Positions 1 to 10,200 of a stretch of DNA of 64,000 nt are shown piece by piece; the stretch's first letter is position 1; each line of letters begins with the position of its first letter. A program made the translations under genes and the position numbers. The stretch covers positions 310,001 through 374,000 of the IMG/VR virus record IMGVR_UViG_3300035661_000001; one strand, given 5' to 3'. Under the pieces are notes generated by a model. That model was not told the DNA's origin. It did no database searches and worked only from the letters and a program-made list of their open reading frames with translations.

Positions 1-2
1 TA

Positions 3-239
3 GTTAATAGAGTAATTTTTCCTAGTCTTACTTTAGCTTCTGCTTATCCACAACCAATGACTCAATTAGATATTGGTTTATATTATTACCAATTCATTTT
101 ACCTACAGGAGCTATTTCGATAGGAAATTATTTAGTAGATGTAGTCTTTACTAATCCTGCAAATAATACAATTACTACCACTGGTTATCAAATTGTTGTT
201 TCCGCACCTTTTGGTAATTTTTCTACAACAATAGGATAA
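3..239 (+). CDS. 5'-truncated virion protein, Ig-like beta-sandwich domain
   Basis: Frame is open from base 3 (VNRVIFPSLTLASAYPQPMTQLDIGLYYYQFILP...), so the listed ATG at 57 is internal. The pattern resembles the N-terminal domain of the next ORF (VSIVQPSG...GKYSFIYTIP). Confidence 0.6.
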   Translation, partial: VNRVIFPSLTLASAYPQPMTQLDIGLYYYQFILPTGAISIGNYLVDVVFTNPANNTITTTGYQIVVSAPFGNFSTTIG

Positions 240-243
240 ACCA

Positions 244-1143
244 ATGTCAATTAAAGCTCGTGGGGAAGTTATTGATGTTACAGATCAAGTTAATTTAACT
301 GTTCAATTCAAAGACACAGTAGGTAATCCTATAGATACTGATTCATTTCCTCAAGTGTCCATAGTCCAGCCTAGCGGTTTACTTGCGCTTGCACCTACCT
401 CAGCCGGGGTCGCTAAAGTTGGCGCAGGTAAATACTCATTTATTTATACAATCCCTATTAATGGACCCTATGGAGTGTTTAACGATATTTGGAGTGGTTT
501 TATAAATGGTTTCCATATAGAAACTACTTTTTCTTTTATCGTAATACATACTCAGACTCCTGCTATAAACACTGACGGATATATGCATTTAGGAGATGAT
601 GTACCTTTTAATTATTCTCAATGTGCGACTTTAAATATTAATAAATTAATCAAGTCTCTTAAAGCTAGATTAAATAGTTCTGGCAAAGCTAAATCAACAG
701 ATTCATATGGAAACGTTGTCTATGTAGATTGTGATATTTTTTCTATTGATATGTTGACTACATTTTTAGCTACTGCATTGTGGGATTTTAATCAAGTTCC
801 ATATTTTACAGGGTTCACATTTGATGATGATGGTTTCGTTGATCAGTTTGGGGAAATTTTAGTTGAATATGCTACACTACAAGCTTTAGCATCTAAAGCT
901 TTAATAGAAAGAGGTCGTGAATTTCAATTCACAGATAATGGATTGAATTTTAATCCACCTACAGTAAGCGAATTAATGACTACACAGTATAGTACGTTAC
1001 TGAGTCACTACTTCGAAAAACTCAAGATGATCAAAGCGTCACTTCGTCCTAGCCCGAAAGGATTAGGTATATGGGGTATGACAAATGGAGCTAATCCGGC
1101 ATTCAGAAGATTACGTCACTTGAGACAAAGACAGATAATTTAA
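244..1143 (+). CDS. putative head-tail adaptor/neck protein with N-terminal Ig-like domain
   Basis: 299 aa; beta-rich N-terminus and helical C-terminal half (LATALWDFNQVP...LVEYATLQAL...FQFTDNG); lies upstream of the tail module. Function inferred from position. Confidence 0.5.
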   Translation: MSIKARGEVIDVTDQVNLTVQFKDTVGNPIDTDSFPQVSIVQPSGLLALAPTSAGVAKVGAGKYSFIYTIPINGPYGVFNDIWSGFINGFHIETTFSFIVIHTQTPAINTDGYMHLGDDVPFNYSQCATLNINKLIKSLKARLNSSGKAKSTDSYGNVVYVDCDIFSIDMLTTFLATALWDFNQVPYFTGFTFDDDGFVDQFGEILVEYATLQALASKALIERGREFQFTDNGLNFNPPTVSELMTTQYSTLLSHYFEKLKMIKASLRPSPKGLGIWGMTNGANPAFRRLRHLRQRQII

Positions 1144-1940
1144 TGTCGAACTCTAGTTACGCCATCCAAGAAATTTTGTTTAGAGGAATAAGGTCTCAAA
1201 TTATCTAAAGCCCAACATTTCTTAAAATTATCATCTTCCATAGAGATATATTTAAATGTTGATTTTGGAATGATATGATCTATCTGCCATGTCCATGTAG
1301 ATTGATCATCATCATTCCATTTTTTTGCATTATATGCTCCATGATTTTTCCATGTCATCCACGGCTCAAATAATGATTCTAAATGTAATTTTAATATTAA
1401 TATTGAATACTGCAGATAATCTAAACAAGAATTTCCGCCTTTAGATGATCCATTAGATTTCAAATGGAAATTTATATTAGCTGATACTGTAGTTCTAATT
1501 TTGAAATTTGTATTTGTTAATCTTTTATTTTTATTGTAGAAATTACTATATATTCTAATACTGTTTTTATTTTGTATATAATATTTTTTTGCGCCACATA
1601 TAAGTGTTTCTTTATTATTTTGATAATATAGTTTATTATAATCCTGTTTTTCTTCTTTATGTTCTTGATAGTATTCTTTTCTATCTTCGATTATCTCTTT
1701 TTTGTTTTCCTGATAGTATTCTTTTTTATCTTGTAATATTTTTTCTTTATTTTCTTTATAATAGGACGCATCATAGTCTGACTGATATTGTTTCATTTTT
1801 TCTAAATTTTTACTTTTAAATTCACGCATGTAGTTAGTGTTGCATTCTCTGCACCAACCGCCGCTCTTTTTGTAGTGAGATTCTGAAAAATCTTTTTTGT
1901 TTTTGAAATCTTTGCATTTGCCGCATTTTTTATTATTCAT
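1140..1940 (-). CDS. HNH-family homing endonuclease (copy 1)
   Basis: N-terminal CxxC...CxxC, Lys/Tyr-rich helical repeats, C-terminal HLESLFEPWMTW...WQIDHIIP...CWALDNLRPYSSKQN; antisense insertion among structural genes. Confidence 0.85.
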   Translation of the reverse strand: MNNKKCGKCKDFKNKKDFSESHYKKSGGWCRECNTNYMREFKSKNLEKMKQYQSDYDASYYKENKEKILQDKKEYYQENKKEIIEDRKEYYQEHKEEKQDYNKLYYQNNKETLICGAKKYYIQNKNSIRIYSNFYNKNKRLTNTNFKIRTTVSANINFHLKSNGSSKGGNSCLDYLQYSILILKLHLESLFEPWMTWKNHGAYNAKKWNDDDQSTWTWQIDHIIPKSTFKYISMEDDNFKKCWALDNLRPYSSKQNFLDGVTRVRH

Positions 1941-2012
1941 ACAATGAATATAACATTATTGGTAGAAGTTGAAAATTAATCTTATTATATGCGATTATTT
2001 TATCATTAGGTA

Positions 2013-2525
2013 ATGACTTCAAAAAAAAATAAGTTATCATTAAAAGAAGTGAAAAATTTACCAATTGTTTCTTTAAATAGATTGATAAACAAAGCTAAAA
2101 AATATTTGAAAAATGATGAAGTCTGGCATCGTATCTGTAAAGAAAATGAAATGGAGCCGAACATTATAGATTATATTCCAACTAAATTTGGAAACTTAGA
2201 TGTTAGTGCAAAAACTGATCATGGTATTGTAATTTTGAATTACAAACTTTTATGTGAAGGTGATTTTGAGCAAAATTATTCTTATTTGATTCATGAATAT
2301 AGTCATTGGTTTCAGCAATGTTTCGGAAAAAAAGCTACTCAAGGCGCCGACGACGGAAATTATTTAGATAATCCTGCCGAAGAAGAAGGGTTTACAAATC
2401 AAGTAGAATATATTGCTAATAATGAGGGCGAAGGTGAAGCTGAAGAATATGTAGACGATCTTTTAGAATATCATGACGTCGATGACAAAGAAGATAAAAA
2501 AGAAACCTTAATGGCTAAAGTTTAA
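2013..2525 (+). CDS. putative zincin-like metallopeptidase (HExxH)
   Basis: LIHEYSHWFQQ motif, downstream YLDNPAEEEG supplying a possible third ligand, acidic C-terminus. Confidence 0.6.
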   Translation: MTSKKNKLSLKEVKNLPIVSLNRLINKAKKYLKNDEVWHRICKENEMEPNIIDYIPTKFGNLDVSAKTDHGIVILNYKLLCEGDFEQNYSYLIHEYSHWFQQCFGKKATQGADDGNYLDNPAEEEGFTNQVEYIANNEGEGEAEEYVDDLLEYHDVDDKEDKKETLMAKV

Positions 2526-2763
2526 ATTACCAACCATGGTAAGATGAGTCTTACCCCGCAACTTCAATGTAAGTTATTTTATAAATAGTTCTATCAATTT
2601 TATGAGCGTATTTAAAGGTAGTGACGAGTGACCTTATTCATAGACATAGTGTTAGATTATTTTTGTAATACGATCTCTATGTAAGATCTACTTCCCCTAT
2701 AATATGTCCCCAAGTTTTTGTCGAGAGAAGTTTAATTTACCGTAATAAATATGAATATATATT

Positions 2764-4338
2764 ATGCCATACTATACAAATCCAGTTAGAGCGGGATTGG
2801 ACCATGTTCAATCCTTAGGTGATGGAACCACTATTAATATGAAATGGTTTCAAGCCTATCCTGTAATTAAAACAAATAAAATAGCGTACAATATTTATTA
2901 TTCTACAATTAAAGAAAATGTTTTTACGGAAGGTGTAAAATATATTTCCATTGATAGTTCGCTTGAAGCTAATATTATTGATTTGACCCCAGGGCAAGAA
3001 TATTTTTTTAGTGTTAGACCAATAGAATATAATTTAAATAATATTGATTTAAATCAATTACCAGATGCTTATGATACTTTAAAAGTATATCCATTTACTA
3101 TTTTAAAACAAGACATATCTGATACAGATATGTTAATTTCAGTTGTGGACACAACTGGATTTCCTGCAAATGGTATTATAAAAATTGGAATAGAATTAAT
3201 ATCTTATTCATCTATTGATCAAATCAATTTAGATTTTATTGTTTCTGAAAGAGGTTATGGTAATACATTTGCTCGGATGCACTCTACTACTGGGTTTGAT
3301 GGATATTTTACATGGGATCCTATTATAAATTTTTATGTTGAAGGAGAATCAAATCAATTTGATAGAATTTTTGTTTGTCAATCTAGATTTGAGTATCCCA
3401 ATTTTCCAGTAACTTTAATTGATGGTTACCATCAAGTTACAAAAGATTTGTTAACATCTGATTTAGAAGCATCAGATGCTGATAATGTAAAATTTCCTAT
3501 GTATGATTATGCGGGGTATCACCGCACCGATCCGGTACAACTATTAAATGGAACTTGTGTTGGTAGTTATATTGGTGGCGAAATGGGGTGTATAGACGGT
3601 TATGGTAATTACAATATTTTTAGAGGTTTGAATTTACAAGATCAAAATGATCAAAGACAAGAAGTTGAATTATCAGTTACAGGTAGGGTAGCAGTTTTAA
3701 TACAAAGGATGCGAACTGGTATTACATGTTCTTGTTATTTGGCTTCATCAGAATATCCAGATGACCGTTGTCCATTTTGTTTGGGAACTAAATTTGTACA
3801 CGGATATCAACAATATTTTAATCCAAGAAGATCTGATGGTCGAATCTTAATAAGATTAAGTCCAACGGATGAGCAAGTAAAAATGTATGAAGCAGGATTA
3901 GAATCAGAATTTCCAATAACATTTTGGACCTTAACTGTTCCGACAATTAAACCAAGAGATGTACTTGTATTATTTGATATCGCTGGAAATGAAGAATTTA
4001 GATATGAAGTTTTATCAATTACAAGAAATAATACTTTACTTGGTCAACAGGGAGGTCAAATTGGTAAGGCAGCTAGAATTAGAAAATTTGATCCAGCGTA
4101 CCAAATAAGAATTTTCAGAGATACATCTATGTTTCCAAGTAAATTAAATACCACGATTAGTTTTGTTCCAGGTATTCCTCCACATATCCATACTATTACT
4201 AGAAATGAGTCGGATCCTTCCAATTGGTCTCAAACCACATCGGTATCACAAGGTCACAATCACCCCGTTATAATCCAAAACGGATTACCTGTATTAATAG
4301 AGGAGTTGGGTCACACGCATGATGTTATAATAACTTGA
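2764..4338 (+). CDS. multidomain neck/head-closure-like virion protein (FN3 domain, Zn-binding Cys motif, HxH-rich tail)
   Basis: FN3-like N-terminus (AYNIYYS...LTPGQEYFFSVRP), CSC...CPFC motif, head-closure-like segment (PTIKPRDVLV...RYEVLSI), C-terminal HIH/HNH/HTH motifs. Confidence 0.5.
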   Translation: MPYYTNPVRAGLDHVQSLGDGTTINMKWFQAYPVIKTNKIAYNIYYSTIKENVFTEGVKYISIDSSLEANIIDLTPGQEYFFSVRPIEYNLNNIDLNQLPDAYDTLKVYPFTILKQDISDTDMLISVVDTTGFPANGIIKIGIELISYSSIDQINLDFIVSERGYGNTFARMHSTTGFDGYFTWDPIINFYVEGESNQFDRIFVCQSRFEYPNFPVTLIDGYHQVTKDLLTSDLEASDADNVKFPMYDYAGYHRTDPVQLLNGTCVGSYIGGEMGCIDGYGNYNIFRGLNLQDQNDQRQEVELSVTGRVAVLIQRMRTGITCSCYLASSEYPDDRCPFCLGTKFVHGYQQYFNPRRSDGRILIRLSPTDEQVKMYEAGLESEFPITFWTLTVPTIKPRDVLVLFDIAGNEEFRYEVLSITRNNTLLGQQGGQIGKAARIRKFDPAYQIRIFRDTSMFPSKLNTTISFVPGIPPHIHTITRNESDPSNWSQTTSVSQGHNHPVIIQNGLPVLIEELGHTHDVIIT

Positions 4339-4383
4339 CCTATGGTTTTTTGAGCATATATTTTGAACAAATAGAGAGTAATA

Positions 4384-5712
4384 ATGTCAAATACCCCACT
4401 TTCCCCAAATTACAAAAAAGATGTCGGTAGACTAGTAACGGATCGATATGATTTTCAAGAACATATCGAAGGTATTGCTTTTCGGCACAAAGCTAATCAA
4501 ATAGATTTAGAACCTATTTTAACAATTGGATCTATAGTTTGTGAAAATGTTCAAGATGCTATTGATCAATTAACTATAATTGTAACTCCTCCTGTAATAG
4601 CCGACGCTACTACTAGTAGTAAAGGTATAATTCAGTTAACTGGAGATATTGCTGGCACTGCAACTCATATAGTAGTTACTAAAATACAGGGTAGATCTAT
4701 TAGCACACTGCCACCCAATAGTGGTGACGTATTAACATGGGATGGTGGTACTTCATCTTGGATGGCATCAGCTGCCGTAAATGCATTTAGTGCTGGTGGT
4801 GATTTGTCTGGAACTAATTCTTTACAGCAAGTAATAGGTTTAACTGGAACAGCTGGTTCAACAAGAATATCTTCAAATGCTTTGACTTGGACATCTGGCT
4901 CCACCCCCGTGGTTACTCAAACCACGACTGCTTTAACTGATGGCGCAGATTTGACTATCAGGGCTCAAAATAGTACGGGTGCATCTAAAAATGGTGGTGA
5001 TGTAATTGTTACTGGTGGTAGTCCTGGCGCTAGCGGATTAAAAGGAGGCGTTTCATTAAAATTAGACGCCGGTAATTCTACTATGTTGGAAGTGACAGAA
5101 ATAGCTTCTAGTAGAAGAGTGCTCTCATTATTACATAATGGACCATTAACTACTATAGATATGCCCGCTAATACTGGTGATCTTGTAATGTATGTTAGAG
5201 ATGCTTCTACTCCACCAACAATTGGAAATCCTTCCAATGGAACAATAGTATATTCTTCTGGTGGAGAATTATGGATTAAACAACAGGATGGAAATAATTT
5301 TCCTGTTGGCTCTATCCCTAATCCTAGTATTTGGGGATCTACAGGGCAACAATCATATACTTATCGTTCATATGTGACATCTAGTGTTGGTGCCGCTGCA
5401 TTGGCTTTTTCTTTACCATTACCTAGTAATACCTCAATTAAAATTGATGCTACATTTACAGCTAAAGCCACAAGCGCTACAGATGGCGCTGGATTTAATT
5501 TAAGTATGGGTTATTTGAGAGGCGTTGGTTCGCCTGTAGCTATAGGTACTGTTACTAATGCTGATCCTAGAACTACAACGGGTGCCGCGGCAACATGGAC
5601 AATTCCAAATATAATCACATCGGGAGATACTCTCCAAGTTCTTACAGGGTACTCATCAACTAATACTATTAATTGGTTAGTAATAATACAATTAACAATA
5701 TCTCAAGGATAA
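4384..5712 (+). CDS. tail-fibre-like structural protein
   Basis: DATTSSKGIIQL fibre repeat, NVQDAIDQL coil motif, GDVLTWDG motif, Gly/Ser/Thr-rich. Confidence 0.6.
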   Translation: MSNTPLSPNYKKDVGRLVTDRYDFQEHIEGIAFRHKANQIDLEPILTIGSIVCENVQDAIDQLTIIVTPPVIADATTSSKGIIQLTGDIAGTATHIVVTKIQGRSISTLPPNSGDVLTWDGGTSSWMASAAVNAFSAGGDLSGTNSLQQVIGLTGTAGSTRISSNALTWTSGSTPVVTQTTTALTDGADLTIRAQNSTGASKNGGDVIVTGGSPGASGLKGGVSLKLDAGNSTMLEVTEIASSRRVLSLLHNGPLTTIDMPANTGDLVMYVRDASTPPTIGNPSNGTIVYSSGGELWIKQQDGNNFPVGSIPNPSIWGSTGQQSYTYRSYVTSSVGAAALAFSLPLPSNTSIKIDATFTAKATSATDGAGFNLSMGYLRGVGSPVAIGTVTNADPRTTTGAAATWTIPNIITSGDTLQVLTGYSSTNTINWLVIIQLTISQG

Positions 5713-5713
5713 C

Positions 5714-6718
5714 ATGCCACTAGGTAGAGGTTTAATGAATGTCGGTAGATTTACTATCTATCAAACTAACACTACAATTAATAGTATCTCTCCCGGATCA
5801 GCTATTTGCGGCGATACAGTTACTTTTAATATAACTGTTGGAAATAATACTTTGGATGGTCCTATTCCTACAGGAACGGTATCAATTGTAAATATTAATA
5901 GTGGTACAGTATTAGCAACAAATTCTTTGATTTCTGGAATTGTTGCGATAGCGGTATCACCGACCATATCTATGGGAAAATACGTCGCCATTTATAATGG
6001 AGTACATAATTCTTTTGAAGATAGCATTAGTAGTGTGGTAAATTACAACGTCAGCGCAAATAATACTATTACTACTGTTTTAACACCAGATGATCTTTAT
6101 TTTTGTTATAGTGATTTAGTTAATATATCAGCTAATGTTTCGCCGACGACAGGACCATTCCCATTAGGTTCAGTGAGATTTAGATTATATAGTGATAATA
6201 TTTATTTTATAGAATTGTCACCTGGAGCATTAGATGGTTATGGAAATGCTACGAGTATAATTCCATCTAATACAACTACAGATGGATACGATTATTGGTT
6301 GCAGGCATTATATGATGGTTATCACTGCTGGAATTCAAGTGAAAGTCCGTTTGGTATGTTTGGAACAACTTTACATTCTACCACATTTAATACTACTACT
6401 ACGATAAGTGGTGCGAATAGTTTTTGTATAAATTCTGATGCAATATTTAATGTTGTAGTCGCATCAACAAGTATAGGCACAATTACTGGAAGTATAATAT
6501 TTAAAGTTTTGAATTTTGATGAAACAGGACCTACATTGGGACCTTTTGATGTAGATGGTCCAAATACAGGTGTTACAATTCCAGTGACAATTCCACATAA
6601 TAGTTTAGGAGTTCGTATAGGAGAAGATCATTTAATAAGTACCTTTACTCCTAAAGATGGATCTTGTTATAATGGTAGTGTGTCAAATAAATTTGATGTT
6701 ACCGTATTAGAATGTTAA
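5714..6718 (+). CDS. tandem Ig-like (Big_3-like) domain virion protein
   Basis: About three repeats of the TxTTI...PTG(T/S)V.F...A.Y.G...S.S pattern typical of bacterial Ig-like group 3 domains. Confidence 0.65.
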   Translation: MPLGRGLMNVGRFTIYQTNTTINSISPGSAICGDTVTFNITVGNNTLDGPIPTGTVSIVNINSGTVLATNSLISGIVAIAVSPTISMGKYVAIYNGVHNSFEDSISSVVNYNVSANNTITTVLTPDDLYFCYSDLVNISANVSPTTGPFPLGSVRFRLYSDNIYFIELSPGALDGYGNATSIIPSNTTTDGYDYWLQALYDGYHCWNSSESPFGMFGTTLHSTTFNTTTTISGANSFCINSDAIFNVVVASTSIGTITGSIIFKVLNFDETGPTLGPFDVDGPNTGVTIPVTIPHNSLGVRIGEDHLISTFTPKDGSCYNGSVSNKFDVTVLEC

Positions 6719-6774
6719 ATTTATTTAATAAAGCTATACATATTAATTACTTTGCATATCCATAAGGAGTTTTT

Positions 6775-7209
6775 ATGGATAATATACTGCAAGTATTGTT
6801 AAGTTGGCAATTTATCATTTTTAGTTTAAGTATCGTCGCGGTCACCACAGTATTTAAAACCATTATTGAATATTTATTGAAAAATGTTCAAATCATGGCA
6901 AAAGAATCTAAACTATGGGAAGAATTAATACTACCTATCTCTCCAGTTATAGTAGGACTTGTTGGAGCTATACTAATTAAAGAGTATCCTTATCCTGAAG
7001 GTATTTCAACTACTGGTGCTAAAGTTGCGTTTGGATTAGTTGCCGGTTTGTTGTCCGGACTATTGTATCGAATTGTTAAAGCACTTTTTAATCAAAAATT
7101 AGTTTCGGCATTGCCCGCGGGAACTGTTGTTCCACCTGAAGATGCAGATCCAACTGCTGATGCACTGATTAAAAAAGTATCAGAGACCATCAATAAAGAA
7201 CAAGTTTAA
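6775..7209 (+). CDS. small membrane protein, holin-like
   Basis: 144 aa with three hydrophobic segments and a charged C-terminus; AGGAG RBS upstream. Confidence 0.45.
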   Translation: MDNILQVLLSWQFIIFSLSIVAVTTVFKTIIEYLLKNVQIMAKESKLWEELILPISPVIVGLVGAILIKEYPYPEGISTTGAKVAFGLVAGLLSGLLYRIVKALFNQKLVSALPAGTVVPPEDADPTADALIKKVSETINKEQV

Positions 7210-7235
7210 TAACAAAAATGATATGGTGATCTAAA

Positions 7236-10200
7236 ATGAGTGATTTTCCAATTAAATTAGATGATGATGCTACATTACCGCCAGTAAATGATAATATTCA
7301 AGATATTGGAGCAGAAGCTATAAATGCTTTAAGAGATGCTGTTTTTAATATTGAACAATATCTAGGTTTAGATGGACCAGGAACTACAGATTCTTTGGCG
7401 GCTAGAATAGGCGTATCATTAGATCTAAGCGGCAGTATTAAGCCTTCAGCTATTACTAGTTTAGGGTTAGTTACTTTACCTATCACTAATGATCAAATTG
7501 CTGATTCTGCAGAAATTCCAGAATACAAATTAAAACTAGATCACAGAACACAAGATTTATTTAATTATATTTTAGATTTATCTAAAAATGTTAATACTGC
7601 TTTAGGATGGATCTCTTTAACAGGGGTTAAACTAGAGCCTCATTTAAATGGTTTTATTTATAGGCACACATTAAATCAAATAGACGTTAGCATATCTTCT
7701 ACAGATTTTTTGAAAAACAGATTTAACAATTTAAGAAATAATCATGATTCATACACTGTGATTGATGATTTGAATGATGAAGTTTTAAATCATCAATTTG
7801 CAGATGGTACAGGTAATTCTACCCAATTAATTTCTACTATTGGTGGTTCAAATTATCCATCAAATTATGCTCATACTTCTAGTGGCATCTGGTTAAACAC
7901 TAGTCGTTTTTCTGTTATCCCACAAACTGCTACCGATCTACAGCAGTTTGCAGATTTTATTGATAGCTCTAGTATTTTTCTATATGGAACTAGAATTCAA
8001 AATTTATATACAAATGGAATTTCTCGTTCATCTAGATCTTCAAGTTTAACTGCTGATGGATATGGAATAGCTGTTATTCCAAGCACTATAGCTATTGCTT
8101 ATTTATTGAATACTGGCTCTAGTAGTTTTCCAATAGATGATATCGATATAGGCGATGATATCATTGAATTGAAACCTACTGCAAGTGAAATGTCATCAAA
8201 TTCATTTGATGAAAAATTCTCACTCGTTAAAATTGGTGATGTAATAAAAATAAATTATGGTACCGTAGAAGTAAGTTTTATTATAAAAGAAAAAAAATAT
8301 ATACAAAATGGCGGAAATAAAAAATACGTTGTTAGAATTAATGGAAAGAATTTATTTTACACTACAAACGCTTTAATAAGAATAGATAGACCACTATTTA
8401 ATAATAACAAGCATGGTGTTCTAGCTATTTCTCCAGTTAACAATGTTTTTTCAGAGATTCCAAGTTTAATTATTGGTAGCCCATACGGTGCTCAAGTTCT
8501 AGGTATTGGTTTTAATCCAGATCAATTAAATACTACTCATTATTTGATGTATCTTGCACTATATACAACTGGTAATCCACAAGATGGTTTCACCATTTTA
8601 CCAGCAATTGATGTTACCGGAAATCGCGGAGTCACGCCCGGATCATATACTTTGGATTCTGTTGTAGAAGCTACAAATAATGCTTTTAGACAAGCTGGAT
8701 TCAATTATAGATTTATAGCATTTTCTCATCAAGGTGAATTTGGAATAATGCTGGCTGATTCTTACGGAAATGCTGGGTTTTCTATATTGAGTGCAGTTGT
8801 TGCAGACGATGGTACATATGATTCATCGGCTACAGGAGTTAGTTTTCCAAATAATGTTATTGATGTTTTTCCTACGGCTGGCATGGGAACTATTGATCCA
8901 CTAGGATTTGGAATCAATGGTGCTAATTTTGCAAGTCCAGAATATAAAACGTCATATGGATCTGCAGAAGCCGCATTAATTCCAACCAAGATATTTTTAC
9001 CTCTTAAAAGAAATAATTTTTATGTTAACGGTATTGAGAAAGATAAATTAGCTTTAGACATAGATCAATTAATAGATGGTTATGGTGATGGATATTGGAA
9101 TGCTGCAGTTCAAGCTATTAATATATTTCCTGGTCCAAATGGTAGAGTACAAGTTACTTATCGTATACATTTAGATTTGTCAACTTCTGGATTAAAAGTT
9201 GGAAAAACCCTTGTCGTTCAGCCTACCAATCAAACGGGATTGGTAGATTTTGGCAGATATATAATTCAAGATATTACATTTAATATCCCGGACTGTGCAG
9301 ATTGTTCTCCAGTAATTCCAAACAATATTTACACAGATATTACCGTTTACGATGCGGTACATGCTACTGGAGTTTCTCCAACGGCTACATTGGCAATTGA
9401 TAGTTTAGTAAGAATTTATTTTAATGCAGGTTCAGTTTCTTTTAATAGAGAAAGTGCTACAGATTTTAATAGCGTACAACCATTTAAAAGACATTTTGAA
9501 GTTTACGTTGATCAAAACGGAAATACTTTCACTCATGAAAGAGCAAGAATAAATGCTGGTGGATCAACATTTAATGTCAATGGTATACCACTACGTACAT
9601 TCTCAGAATTATCAAAATTAAACATCATAAAAGTAAGTTCAAAATTAAGAGGATATCAATTTGGTTCAGTAAATAAAATTACTTTACATGTTACAGATTT
9701 TAATGATATAACTGGTACATTTATAGCCAATTTAGTGTCTTATGATGGTTCAACATCTACACACAATGGACCAACTACTTTAGGTAAAGTTGGACAAACT
9801 ACTAGATTTTATGATGAAACAAATATAGATTATATTGATATTATATTTGATAATAATGTCGCTATTGCTGGATTTTCGGATCAATATATTGATTTTCAAT
9901 TGTTTCCAACATTATCTTTAGATGAAGAAATAATGTTATTGGGAACTTGTCAAGTTAATGATGTAACGAATGTTGTTAATCTTATAAAAGATGAAAGACA
10001 ATTTGGAAATACTAGTGAAAAAGATTTTAGTACATCTGCACTTGGATTTATTTCTCTTCCAGAAAAATTATTACATTCCAATGGTGTAATTAGAGGATTT
10101 GATTTACAAGATCCAGATATTTTAACAAATCCAAATAGTAATCAAATATATTTGAATGGTGGATTGGTATTAGTTAATGGGAAATTCATATCTGTTAATA

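Noticed and set aside
1600-1800. Repetitive tttcttt-like tract as a tandem repeat or CRISPR array
   Set aside because: It is the codon pattern of the K/E/Y helical repeats of the minus-strand HNH; there is no repeat-spacer structure.
2526-2763. 238-nt gap with a small hairpin (ggtaaga-tgag-tcttacc, ~2538-2555) as an ncRNA or decayed minus-strand gene
   Set aside because: The minus-strand frames I read are broken, and no tRNA or known RNA structure is recognisable. The hairpin may be only a terminator; unresolved.
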